NCBI GenBank assembly: GCA_965225945.1
Contig: CBDDBZ010000034.1
Coordinates: 192,001 to 256,000, forward strand
DNA from: Alphaproteobacteria bacterium
Lineage (GTDB): Bacteria; Pseudomonadota; Alphaproteobacteria; GCA-2731375
Direction: 5' to 3'
Length of the DNA: 64,000 nt
In this document: positions 46,851 to 56,453 of the stretch, one piece after another
Position numbering within the stretch: the first letter of the stretch is position 1
How the letters are laid out: every line of letters begins with the position of its first letter
The notes under the pieces: generated by a model
The model's database searches: none
What the model was told of the DNA's origin: nothing
What the model saw: the letters and a program-made list of their open reading frames with translations, nothing else
Translations under genes and position numbers: made by a program

Positions 46851-47666
46851 TCAGTCGAAAAGAGCGTCGATATCAGCCTGGTTGGCGGTGGTGGCGGGCG
46901 GGCTCGACTTTGTTTCCTCGGCCGGTGCCGGCTCCGCTGGCGCGGTCTCCGCCGCGCTCGGCGCTGCCTCGACCGCGACCACCCTGGGCGTTTCGAGCGG
47001 CACGACCGCGCCGAACAGATCGTCGACCGCGTCCTGGTCGTTGCCCTCGCCTCGCAAGGCCGGGCCGTTCAGCAACAGGGAATCGTCGTCGACGCAGGGC
47101 TCGTCCTCCGCATCGTGATCCTGGTCGTCGATGTTCGGTCCCCAGGCCCTTTCCAGCTTGTTGAGGCGGTCCTCGATGAAGGTGAAGGTCGAGACCACCT
47201 TGGAAATGCGCTAGCCGGTGATGTCCTGGAAGGAGCAGGCCTCGAAGATCCGCATGCAGGCGTCGTTCACACTCCGCGTGCCCTCGGGCGTGCTCATGTC
47301 GGTGCTCATGATCTCCTCGGCGGCGTCCATGATCGAGCCGGTCGCCTCCTCGGTCGACTGAACGATCGCCTCGAGCTCGCGCCCCGCCGCCGGAATCCTC
47401 TTGCTCTTCAACTCGTTCGGCCGGAGTTGCGAGATCTCCTCGCGGGCGTCCGCAATGTGATCGATGATCGCGCGAAACTCGCGACAGACCGCCGTGTTGA
47501 TGGAGCCGAAGTAACGCTCCATCGTGCTGATCAGCATCTCGGACACCGCGGCGACGTCGCCGAGCGACACATCCCGCGAGCGATCGGCCCGGAATTTGTC
47601 GACCAATTGCTCGATGTTGGCGCTGATCTGGCTGGTTTCCAGCCCTGACCGTTGAAGTAAGGACAT
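46851..47666 (-). pseudogene. cheZ: Chemotaxis phosphatase CheZ with internal amber stop
   Basis: ELEAIVQSTEEATGSIMDAAE...FEACSFQDITG*RISKVV...LLNGP...QADIDALFD; TAG at 47211-47213 in one continuous frame. Confidence 0.88.
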
Positions 47667-47744
47667 GGTATCAACCGATCTCAAAATTCGCCGATCACGG
47701 AGCACATCTTGGTTTTCAGCGTGGCCGCGTTGAAGGGCTTGACG

Positions 47745-48967
47745 CATGGTACACGACGGCATTTACGTAGGACGTTGAAAAGGTTGTAGGATTCCCGATT
47801 CACTCCACGACGAGTCAAGAGGGAAATCATGCGAGACAACCCGATCAACGCCCTGCGTGAGACGCTACGATGCGGCTTCGCCTTTCGCAAGAGCCGTCTG
47901 GAGAGCCTTTGCGTCTTGGTCTTCGGCGTGTTCGTCGCCCGGACGGTGAACCTCTCTCACTTGGCCTGCCACTTTCCGGGGCGCGCGCGATCCAGCTCCA
48001 ACTATCGGCGCCTGCAACGGTTTTTCGAGCAAGTCGATTTCGATTACGATCGCCTCGCCGAGTTCCTGGTCGCGATGATGGGGCTCCAGGCGGGGCCGTG
48101 GCGGCTGACCATGGACCGGACCAACTGGCGGCTGGGTCGCCGCGACGTCAACATCTTGATGATCGGCATCGTCAACCGCGCCATCGCCATTCCCGTGTGC
48201 TGGCGGGTGCTCGACAAGGCGGGCAATTCCAATACCAAGGAGCGGATCGCGATCCTCGAACACGTCCTCCGGCTCTTCGGGGTCGACAAGATCGCCAGCC
48301 TCCTGGCCGACCGGGAATTCATCGGCGACGCCTGGCTGGCATGGTTGCAGGAAAAGGCCATCCCCTTTCACATCCGCATCCGATCCAACATCAAGATCGC
48401 CAACACGCGTGGTCGCATGGTCAAGGCGAGGGAGCTGTTTCGCGACCTCAAACCCGGGGAAAGCCGCATCCTCTCCAACGCCAGGCGCCTCTCGGAGGCC
48501 AGAAAACCCAAGGCCAGGCCCGTCTTCGTCGCCGCGCTCCATCTCAAGACCGGCGAACTGTTGATCGTCGTGACCAACGACGCGCCCGAGGAGGCCTTGG
48601 CCATCTACGCCCAGCGCTGGCAAATCGAGACCCTCTTCGCCGCCTTGAAAACCCGTGGCTTCAACCTCGAAGACACCCACATGACCGACCCGGAGCGCAT
48701 CTCCAAGCTCACCGCCGTCCTTTCCATCACCTTCTGCTGGGCGCACAAAGTCGGCGATTGGCTCCACGAGGCCGAGCCGATCCGCCTCAAAACCCACAAA
48801 AGGATGGCAAAATCCATCTTCCGATACGGTTTCGAGTGGATAAGGCGACAGCTCGTCAATCCTATCGACAGGCGTCAAGCCATTGAGCTGATTCGTTTCC
48901 TCGTCCCCGGAAAACCACCAGTCCAGGTGCCCAGGCCAAAGCCAGCATGAACGAGTCGTGTACTGTG
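47745..48967 (+). mobile_element. IS4 family (IS10-like) element, copy 2, 1223 bp
   Basis: Same TIRs as copy 1; 9-bp TSD GGCTTGACG at 47736-47744 and 48968-48976. Confidence 0.93.
47829..48950 (+). CDS. IS4 family transposase (same protein as copy 1)
   Basis: 373-aa ORF identical to 40199-41320. Confidence 0.93.
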   Translation: MRDNPINALRETLRCGFAFRKSRLESLCVLVFGVFVARTVNLSHLACHFPGRARSSSNYRRLQRFFEQVDFDYDRLAEFLVAMMGLQAGPWRLTMDRTNWRLGRRDVNILMIGIVNRAIAIPVCWRVLDKAGNSNTKERIAILEHVLRLFGVDKIASLLADREFIGDAWLAWLQEKAIPFHIRIRSNIKIANTRGRMVKARELFRDLKPGESRILSNARRLSEARKPKARPVFVAALHLKTGELLIVVTNDAPEEALAIYAQRWQIETLFAALKTRGFNLEDTHMTDPERISKLTAVLSITFCWAHKVGDWLHEAEPIRLKTHKRMAKSIFRYGFEWIRRQLVNPIDRRQAIELIRFLVPGKPPVQVPRPKPA

Positions 48968-49530
48968 GGCTTGACGATATAGTTGTTGACGCCGGCTTTC
49001 TTGGCGGCGATTACGTTCTCGGTCTTGGATTCCGCCGTTACCATGATGAAGGGCGTCTCCGACAGCTTGGCGTCGGAGCGAACCTCCTTCAACAGTTGAT
49101 AGCCGGTCATCGGCTCCATGTTCCAATCGGAGATCACCAAGCCGTATCCTCGGTGGCGCAGCTTCTCTAAGGCTTCCGAGCCGTCCGTCGCCTCGTCGAC
49201 GTTGTCGAAGCCGAGCTGCTTCAAAAGGTTGCGAACGATCCGCAGCATCGTCTTGTAGTCGTCGACGATCAGGATCGACATAGTGAGGTCCACCGCCATT
49301 GTCCGGTTCCTCTTGCTTCATTGCCCCAAGTCGTTGCCGCCGAACGGAACCGTTGTTTGTTCCGCCGCGGCGCGTGTCGATGGCGGGATTATTCCCATGG
49401 CCCGCCTAAGAAAGCGTTAAATGCGGTCGCTCGCCCGTCGAGCCCTCGGTTGCGGGGTCGCGCGCCGAGTCATATATTGCGCCGCAACATTCGGCCGCTC
49501 GCGCCGACGCCCGCCGAAAGGAAGTCACGC

Positions 49531-50007
49531 ATGTCCCAAACGCTCGCGGCCGACGCGACGCCGATCGACGCCTACGAGGAGATCCACGGACACGAATTCG
49601 AGGATCTCGCGCCCGGCATGTCGGCCTTCCACGCTCGGACCGTGACCGAGGCGGACATCGTGCTCCTCGCCAGCGCCTCCGGCAACTTCGACCCGCCATA
49701 CCTGAACCGGGAATTCGGCGAACGCTTGCAATTCGGCGGTGGTATCGCGCAGGCCATGGTGACGGCGAGCCTGAACTCCACCGTGGCCGACACCAAGCCG
49801 CCGGGACCGGGCGGCAATTACATGAGCCAGGACATCCGCTTCACCGCGCCGGTCCGCGCCGGCGAAACGGTCACCGCCGAGGCCAGCGGAGTGGAGGTCG
49901 ATCGCGAACGGCGGCGCTGCCGGTCGAGCACGGAATGCGCGCTCGAGGGCGAGCGAGTGGTCACCGGCGAGGTGCTGTTGGTGGTGCCTTCGCGCGAGCG
50001 ACCCTAG
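49531..50007 (+). CDS. MaoC/PhaJ family dehydratase, catalytic motif degenerate
   Basis: RTVTEADI...PGPG..YMSQDIRFTAPVRAGE; SGNFDPPY in place of SGDxNPxH. Confidence 0.7.
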   Translation: MSQTLAADATPIDAYEEIHGHEFEDLAPGMSAFHARTVTEADIVLLASASGNFDPPYLNREFGERLQFGGGIAQAMVTASLNSTVADTKPPGPGGNYMSQDIRFTAPVRAGETVTAEASGVEVDRERRRCRSSTECALEGERVVTGEVLLVVPSRERP

Positions 50008-50020
50008 GCCCGTTCCCTCG

Positions 50021-50995
50021 ATGCGTCTGCTGCGCGATTACCGGAACCCGCCGGCCGCCCTTCGCGGCGCGGTGGTCGCGATCGGTAACTTCGACGGCGT
50101 CCACCGCGGCCATCAGGCGCTCCTCGCGGACTGCCGCCGGAAGGCGGAGGCGCTGGGCCGGCCGTTCGTGGTGCTGACCTTCGAGCCCCACCCACGCCGC
50201 GTCTTCAATCCGGACACCCCTCCCTTTCGCCTGACACCCTTCCGTACCCGCGTGCGTCGGCTGCGCGCGGCGGGCGTCGAGGCGCTCTTCGCGCTCAGGT
50301 TCAATGCAACACTTCACGGCAAGACGGCCGAGGAATTCGTCCGTGACGTCCTGATCGACGGCTTGGCCGCCCGCCACGTGGTCGTCGGCTACGATTTCGT
50401 CTTCGGCCACCGACGGAGCGGCGATGCCGACTTCCTGCGCCGGGCCGGCGAGCAACACGGCTTCGAGGTGACGGTGCTGGAGCCCGTCACCCACCAGGAC
50501 GACGTCTGTTCCTCCACCATCGTCCGCGTCAACCTGGAGAGCGGGCGGGTACGCCGCGCCGCCGAGCTCCTGGGCCATTGGTGGGAGCTCGAGGGCCGGG
50601 TGCGCGGCGGCGACCAACGTGGCCGCCAACTCGGCTTTCCGACTTTGAACCTACATCTCCCGGCCGACGCCCTGAAACCGTCGCTCGGTGTTTATGCGGT
50701 GCATGTCTCGATCGTCGGCGAGGACGGTTCGGACGACTGGCGCGCGGGCGCCGCCAACCTCGGCCGCCGGCCGACCTTCGACGGCACGGGCGTGATCCTG
50801 GAGGTGCATATCCTCGACTATTCCGGCGATCTCTACGGTCGCCGCGTGCGCGTCGCCTTCGTCGAGCATATTCGCCCCGAGAGGAAGTTCGACGGGCTCG
50901 AAGCGTTGAAGGCCCAGATCGACGCCGATTGCCTGGAGGCGCGGCGCATCCTGGCGCCGCCGGAGAACGCGGTGGGCGCCTTCGACGACGAATAG
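50021..50995 (+). CDS. ribF: Bifunctional riboflavin kinase/FAD synthetase
   Basis: IGNFDGVHRGH, LTFEPHP, SSTIVR, GRQLGFPTLN, GRRPTF, EVHILD. Confidence 0.95.
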   Translation: MRLLRDYRNPPAALRGAVVAIGNFDGVHRGHQALLADCRRKAEALGRPFVVLTFEPHPRRVFNPDTPPFRLTPFRTRVRRLRAAGVEALFALRFNATLHGKTAEEFVRDVLIDGLAARHVVVGYDFVFGHRRSGDADFLRRAGEQHGFEVTVLEPVTHQDDVCSSTIVRVNLESGRVRRAAELLGHWWELEGRVRGGDQRGRQLGFPTLNLHLPADALKPSLGVYAVHVSIVGEDGSDDWRAGAANLGRRPTFDGTGVILEVHILDYSGDLYGRRVRVAFVEHIRPERKFDGLEALKAQIDADCLEARRILAPPENAVGAFDDE

Positions 50996-52468
50996 TCAAT
51001 CTCGCTGGAAGCAGGCCACCAGCTCCACATGCGCCGACCAGAGGAACTGGTCGATGGGCGTCACCTCTTGCAGCCGGTAGCCGCCGTCGACGAGCAAGCG
51101 GGCATCGCGGGCGAAGGTCGCCGGATTGCAGGAAAGCGCGACGATGCGCGGCACCGTCGAGGCCGCGAGCGCCGCCGATTGCGCGCGGGCGCCGGCGCGG
51201 GGCGGATCGAAGACGACGGCCTCGAACCCGGCGAGCTCCACATGCGCCGACCAGAGGAACTGGTCGATGGGCGTCACCTCTTGCAGCCGGTAGCCGCCGT
51301 CGACGAGCAAGCGGGCATCGCGGGCGAAGGTCGCCGGATTGCAGGAAAGCGCGACGATGCGCGGCACCGTCGAGGCCGCGAGCGCCGCCGATTGCGCGCG
51401 GGCGCCGGCGCGGGGCGGATCGAAGACGACGGCCTCGAACCCGGCGAGCTCCGCCGGCGCCAGCGGGCGGCGCATCAGATCGCGCGCCTCGACCGAGAGC
51501 CGGCTCGAACGATCACTGCCCCGCGCGGCGGCCACCAACGCCGCCAGCATCTCCCCGTCTTGGTCGATCGCCGTCACTTGCGCGTGCGCCGCGAGCGGCA
51601 GGCTCAACATGCCGAGCCCGGCGAAGAGGTCGGCGATCCGCCGGGCGCCCGCAAGGTGGGCCGTGGCTAGCTGGATCATCCACGCTTCCGATTCGCCCGT
51701 GGCCTGGAGGAAGGCGTGGGCCGGCGTGGCCACCTCGACCCCGCCGATGCGCACGATCGGGCGGCGGCGCTCCACCAGTGTCTCGGGCCGATCCCGTCCC
51801 CAGGAGAGCCGCGCCAGGTCCGCTGCCCGGGCGAATTCGGCGAGGCGGGCAAGCAGGTCCGGATCGAGCGGGGAATCGTCGCCGATCCAGAGGTCGACCC
51901 CCCGATCACCGGCCGTCGCGGTGATCTCGACTTCCGCGCCGCTCGCCAATAGCTCGCGCATGAGAGGCGTCAGAAAGCCCGGCAGGCGCGCCAGCTCGGG
52001 CCGCAGCACGGGGCATTCACCGATCGGCGTGACGCGCTTTCTCAACCGCTCGTGAAAGCCGACGACGACCCGACCGCCCCGACGGTACGCCGTGAAGCGG
52101 GCGCGGCGGCGGCTTTCGGGCGGCACCGATCGGGCCGCCCGGACCCTCGCATCACCGAGCCCCACGCGGGCCAAGGCCTCGACGATCCGTTCCCGCTTCC
52201 AGGCGAGGTACGGCGCGTCTTGCCACTGCTGCAGGCTGCAGCCGCCGCAGACGCCGAAATGCGGGCAAGGCGGCGCGCGGCGCTCGGGCGAAGCGAGCAG
52301 AAGTTCCCTCGTGTGACCTCGGATCCCGTGGCGATCACGCGCGGCGAGCCGGAGCCGATGGCGCTCGCCCGGCAGCGCGCCGGCGACATAGACCCGCGTA
52401 CCGGCGTAATCGCCGACGCCGTCGCTCCGGGCGCCGACGGCGGTGATGTCGACTTCCGGTTCACCCAT
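50996..52468 (-). CDS. 23S rRNA (uracil-C5)-methyltransferase RlmD/TrmA family with duplicated C-terminus
   Basis: CPHFGVCGGC Fe-S motif, AFLQ, DLFAGLG, DPPRAG, SCNP, QFLWSAHVE (last three occur twice). Confidence 0.88.
   Translation of the reverse strand: MGEPEVDITAVGARSDGVGDYAGTRVYVAGALPGERHRLRLAARDRHGIRGHTRELLLASPERRAPPCPHFGVCGGCSLQQWQDAPYLAWKRERIVEALARVGLGDARVRAARSVPPESRRRARFTAYRRGGRVVVGFHERLRKRVTPIGECPVLRPELARLPGFLTPLMRELLASGAEVEITATAGDRGVDLWIGDDSPLDPDLLARLAEFARAADLARLSWGRDRPETLVERRRPIVRIGGVEVATPAHAFLQATGESEAWMIQLATAHLAGARRIADLFAGLGMLSLPLAAHAQVTAIDQDGEMLAALVAAARGSDRSSRLSVEARDLMRRPLAPAELAGFEAVVFDPPRAGARAQSAALAASTVPRIVALSCNPATFARDARLLVDGGYRLQEVTPIDQFLWSAHVELAGFEAVVFDPPRAGARAQSAALAASTVPRIVALSCNPATFARDARLLVDGGYRLQEVTPIDQFLWSAHVELVACFQRD
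51021..51452. repeat. Exact tandem duplication, 2 x 213 bp, in frame
   Basis: 51021-51233 equals 51234-51446; AGCTCC at 51021, 51234 and 51447. Confidence 0.92.
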
Positions 52469-53204
52469 CGTCACGCGCGGCGGCGACGAGGAATTCCCGA
52501 TTGCCCGCCGGCCCCGCAATCGGGCTCGGCACCAAGCCCAATACCCGCCAGCCCGGCAAGGCGTCGAGCCAATCGCGGATGGTCGCCGTGACCTCGTCGT
52601 GGAGCGCCGGGTCGCGCACCACGCCACCCTTGCTGACACGGCTGCGACCGACCTCGAATTGCGGCTTGATCAACGCCACCAGCCAGGCGCTGGGACGGGT
52701 CAGTGCCAGCGGCGCCGGCAGGATCGTCCTGAGCCCGATGAAACTGGCGTCGCAGACGACGATGTCGAGCGGCTCGCCGATCGTCTCGGCCCCGAGGTGG
52801 CGGGCGTTGATCCGCTCGTGCACGACGACGCGGTCGTCGTTGCGCAGCTTCCAGGAGAGCTGACCGTGACCGACATCGATCGCATGAACCCGGGCGGCCC
52901 CCTTCGACAACAGCACGTCGGTGAAGCCGCCGGTCGAGGCGCCGACATCGAGCGCCACCCGGCCCTCGGCCGAGATCGGGAAGGATTCGAAGGCATGCGC
53001 GAGTTTCATGCCGCCCCGGCCGACCCAGGGATGCTCGCGGCCCCGGACCTGGAGGGCTGTGTCGTCGGCGATCAAGTGACCGGCCTTATCGAGACGGCGA
53101 TCGCCGGAATAGACCAAGCCGGCCATGATCAGGGCCTGGGCGCGGCTTCGGCTCTCCGTCAAGCCGCGTGCGACCAGGATCTCGTCGAGCCGACGCTTGC
53201 CCAC
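52461..53204 (-). CDS. tlyA: TlyA family rRNA methyltransferase
   Basis: S4 domain RLDEILV, VGRGGMKL, DVGASTGGFTD, LIKPQFE, GNREF. Confidence 0.93.
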   Translation of the reverse strand: MGKRRLDEILVARGLTESRSRAQALIMAGLVYSGDRRLDKAGHLIADDTALQVRGREHPWVGRGGMKLAHAFESFPISAEGRVALDVGASTGGFTDVLLSKGAARVHAIDVGHGQLSWKLRNDDRVVVHERINARHLGAETIGEPLDIVVCDASFIGLRTILPAPLALTRPSAWLVALIKPQFEVGRSRVSKGGVVRDPALHDEVTATIRDWLDALPGWRVLGLVPSPIAGPAGNREFLVAAARDDG

Positions 53205-53229
53205 GGCGCCGCCCGGGACATTCGCCGAA

Positions 53230-55152
53230 TCAGGCGAGGCGCGGCGCCTCCACCGCCTGCGCGCCGTCGAGCGCGGCGACCGCCGTCTGGACGATGTGCG
53301 GCGCGTTCAGGCCGGCGACGTCGTACATCTTCTCCGGCTTGTCATGGTCGATGAAGATGTCGGGAAAGTGCATCGGCCTGACCTTGAGCCCGTTCTCCAG
53401 CAGCCCGGCATGGGAGAGATAGTCGAAGACATGCGCGGCGAAACCGCCGATCGAGCCTTCCTCGATGGTGATCAGTACTTCGTGCGTCGTCGCCAGGCGA
53501 TGCACCAGTTCGTGGTCGAGCGGCTTGCAGAAACGGGCATCCGCGACCGTGGTGGAGAGCCCCTTGGCCGCCAGCTCGTCGGCGGCGATTTTCACTTGCT
53601 CGAGCCGGGCGCCGAAGGACAGGATCGCCACGGTCGAACCTTCACGCAGCACCCGGCCCTTGCCGATCTCGAGCGGCTCCGGTGTCTCCGGCATCTCGAT
53701 GCCGATGCCCTCGCCGCGGGGATAGCGGAAGGCCGAGGGCCGGTCGTCGATGGTGACCGCGGTCGCCACCATGCGCGCCAGCTCCACCTCGTCCGCCGCC
53801 GCCATGACGACGAAGCCCGGCAGGGTCGCCAAATAGGTAATGTCGAAGGAGCCCGCATGAGTCGGTCCGTCGGCGCCCACCAGGCCGGCCCGGTCGATCG
53901 CGAAGCGCACCGGCAAGCCCTGGATCGCCACGTCGTGCACGACCTGATCGTAGCCGCGCTGCAGGAAGGTCGAATAGATCGCGGCGAAGGGTTTGTAGCC
54001 CGCCGCCGCGAGGCCGGCGGCGAAGGTCACGCCGTGCTGCTCGGCGATGCCGACGTCGAAGCCGCGATCGGGAAAGCGCTCGGCGAACAAATTGAGGCCC
54101 GTGCCCGACGGCATGGCGGCGGTGAGGGCGCAGATGCGGTCGTCCTTCTCCGCCTCGGCGATCAGCGCCTGGGCGAAGACCTTGGTGTAGGCCGGCGCGT
54201 TCGGTGTCGACTTGGCCTGGGTACCGGTGATGACGTCGAATTTGGAAACGCCGTGATACTTTTCCGTCGATTCCTCCGCCGGGGGGTAGCCGGCGCCCTT
54301 GCGGGTCACCACGTGGATCAGCACCGGCCCGGCGGTCGGCGTATCACGCACGTTGCGCAGCACCGGCAACAGATGATCGATGTTGTGTCCGTCGATCGGC
54401 CCGACGTAGTAGAAGCCGAGCTCCTCGAACATCGTGCCGCCGGTGATCAAGCCGCGGGCGTATTCCTCCGCCCGCTTGGCCGTCCGCTCCACCTTGCCCG
54501 GCATATGGCGGGCGAGCTGGCGGGCGACGTCGCGAAGCTTCAGATACGAGCGCGAGGAGATCAGCCGCGAGAGATAAGCACTCATCGCGCCCACCGCCGG
54601 CGCGATCGACATGTCGTTGTCGTTCAAGATCACGATCAGCCGCGTGTTCCGCGAACCGGCATTGTTCAGCGCCTCGTAGGCCATGCCCGCGCTCATCGCG
54701 CTGTCGCCGATGACGGCGATGACGTTGTGCTCCTCGCCGGAAAGATCGCGCGCGACCGCGTACCCGAGGGCGGCGGAAATCGAGGTCGAGCTGTGCGCCG
54801 CGCCAAAGGCGTCGTATTCGCTCTCCGCCCGCTTGGTGAAACCGGAGAGGCCGTCGCCCTGGCGCAAGGTGCGGATCCGATCGCGCCGACCGGTCAGGAT
54901 CTTGTGCGGATAGGCCTGGTGGCCGACGTCCCAGATCAACACGTCCTTCGGCGTCTCGAAGACGTGGTGCAACGCCACCGTCAGCTCGACGACGCCGAGC
55001 CCGGCGCCGAGATGGCCGCCGGTAATCGAGACCGCGTCGATGGTCTCATAGCGAAGCTCGTCGGCGAGCTGGCGGAGATCCTTGGGGTGGAGTTTGCGAA
55101 GATCGCTCGGAAACACCACCTGATCGAGAAGCGGGGTCTTGCTGTCGGTCAC
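53230..55152 (-). CDS. dxs: 1-deoxy-D-xylulose-5-phosphate synthase
   Basis: [46 protein letters not shown]. Confidence 0.96.
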   Translation of the reverse strand: MTDSKTPLLDQVVFPSDLRKLHPKDLRQLADELRYETIDAVSITGGHLGAGLGVVELTVALHHVFETPKDVLIWDVGHQAYPHKILTGRRDRIRTLRQGDGLSGFTKRAESEYDAFGAAHSSTSISAALGYAVARDLSGEEHNVIAVIGDSAMSAGMAYEALNNAGSRNTRLIVILNDNDMSIAPAVGAMSAYLSRLISSRSYLKLRDVARQLARHMPGKVERTAKRAEEYARGLITGGTMFEELGFYYVGPIDGHNIDHLLPVLRNVRDTPTAGPVLIHVVTRKGAGYPPAEESTEKYHGVSKFDVITGTQAKSTPNAPAYTKVFAQALIAEAEKDDRICALTAAMPSGTGLNLFAERFPDRGFDVGIAEQHGVTFAAGLAAAGYKPFAAIYSTFLQRGYDQVVHDVAIQGLPVRFAIDRAGLVGADGPTHAGSFDITYLATLPGFVVMAAADEVELARMVATAVTIDDRPSAFRYPRGEGIGIEMPETPEPLEIGKGRVLREGSTVAILSFGARLEQVKIAADELAAKGLSTTVADARFCKPLDHELVHRLATTHEVLITIEEGSIGGFAAHVFDYLSHAGLLENGLKVRPMHFPDIFIDHDKPEKMYDVAGLNAPHIVQTAVAALDGAQAVEAPRLA

Positions 55153-55201
55153 TTCGTCACCCAATTTGTTTTTTCCACGCGCCAGTACGCGGCGCCGCGA
55201 C

Positions 55202-56089
55202 TCAAGAACGCCGCGTGACCACGAAATCGGCCAGAGCGCGCAGAGCATCCGCTCTTTCGCCAAATAATTCAAGGTGCGCAATAGCTTGGTCGGAAAGCAT
55301 CCGAGCCCGCTCCCGCGCAGCCTCCAAGCCGAGCAGGGTGACGAAGGTGGCCTTGCCCCGAGCGACGTCCTTGCCCGCGGTCTTGCCGAGTTCTTCCGTC
55401 GCGCCGGTGACGTCGAGGATGTCGTCGGCGATCTGAAATGCGAGGCCGAGATCGTGCGCGTACATGCGGAGCGCCTGGCGCGCCGCCGGCTCGGCCCGCG
55501 CGAGGATGGCGCCGGCCTCGCCCGCGAAGGCGATCATGGCGCCGGTCTTCAACCGTTGAAGGCGGATGATCTGGGTTTCGTCCAGCCGCTCGTTCTCGGC
55601 CCAGAGGTCGATCTTCTGCCCGCCGACCATGCCCGAGGCACCGCTCGCGCGCGCGAGCCCCGTCACCAACGCCACGCGGGCGGTGGCTTCGGACGCGGTC
55701 GTCTCGTCGCCCAACACGTCGAAGGCGAGGGAGAGCAGCGCGTCACCCACCAGCACGGCCGTCGCTTCGTCGTACTTGACGTGCACCGTGGGCAGGCCCC
55801 GGCGCAGCACGTCGTCGTCCATGCACGGCAGGTCGTCATGCACCAGGCTGTAGCAGTGCACCAGCTCGACCGCGGCGGCGACCCGGACCGCGTTGCGCTT
55901 TGGCGCGTCGAAGATATCCGCGCCGGCGATGACCAGGAAAGGACGCAGGCGCTTGCCGCCGCCGAGCGTGGCGTAACGCATGGCCTCGCCGAGCTCGCCC
56001 TCGGGCCCGTCGCCGGCCTTCGGCAAGATGCGATCGAGTTCCGCCTCGACCGCTTTAGCCGTCGCTTGAAGGGCATCCTCGAAACGCAC
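55202..56089 (-). CDS. ispA: Farnesyl diphosphate synthase (geranyltranstransferase)
   Basis: [39 protein letters not shown]. Confidence 0.94.
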   Translation of the reverse strand: MRFEDALQATAKAVEAELDRILPKAGDGPEGELGEAMRYATLGGGKRLRPFLVIAGADIFDAPKRNAVRVAAAVELVHCYSLVHDDLPCMDDDVLRRGLPTVHVKYDEATAVLVGDALLSLAFDVLGDETTASEATARVALVTGLARASGASGMVGGQKIDLWAENERLDETQIIRLQRLKTGAMIAFAGEAGAILARAEPAARQALRMYAHDLGLAFQIADDILDVTGATEELGKTAGKDVARGKATFVTLLGLEAARERARMLSDQAIAHLELFGERADALRALADFVVTRRS

Positions 56090-56100
56090 CCGACCCGCCT

Positions 56101-56373
56101 CTACTCGACATCGGCCGATTCGGTCGCCTGAACCTCGCCGTCCGATCCCACCACCAAACGCTCCACCTTTTCGGCGGCGGCCCTGAGCTTGGCATCGCAA
56201 TGCTGCTTCAACAGGGCGCCGCGTCCATACATGGCGATCGACTCCTCGAGCTCGACCTCACCGCTCTCCAGGCGGCGGACGATCTCCTCCAACTCACGCA
56301 TCGCGACCTCGAAGCCGAGCGCCTCGACACCCTCGCGCTCAGCCTCCTCGGCCTCGCCGCCCTCGGCCGTCAT
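56101..56373 (-). CDS. xseB: Exodeoxyribonuclease VII small subunit
   Basis: FEVAMRELEEIVRRLESG..LEESI; xseB-ispA-dxs synteny. Confidence 0.92.
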   Translation of the reverse strand: MTAEGGEAEEAEREGVEALGFEVAMRELEEIVRRLESGEVELEESIAMYGRGALLKQHCDAKLRAAAEKVERLVVGSDGEVQATESADVE

Positions 56374-56453
56374 GTCGATTTCTCCCGCCTGTCCGGCTCG
56401 CGCCGACGACAACGGAGTCTAAAGCTTCGATCGGGGCGCCGGCAAGGCGGCGC

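Larger units (their letters stand above)
47681..49299 (-). pseudogene. cheY: Chemotaxis response regulator CheY interrupted by IS4 copy 2
   Basis: 5' part ILIVDDYKTMLRIVRNLL...SDWNMEPM...YIVKP (48968-49299); 3' part KPFNAATLKTKMCSVIGEF* (47681-47744). Confidence 0.92.

Noticed and set aside
47211-47213. TAG reassigned to Gln, or amber read-through
   Set aside because: TAG ends several conserved genes at their expected C-termini (uvrC, ribF, SLC13 permease), and partner cheY is also disrupted.
40182-48967. An already transposed composite transposon
   Set aside because: Outer flanks differ (CCAACTGAC vs GGCTTGACG), each IS keeps its own TSD, and cheY continues across copy 2.
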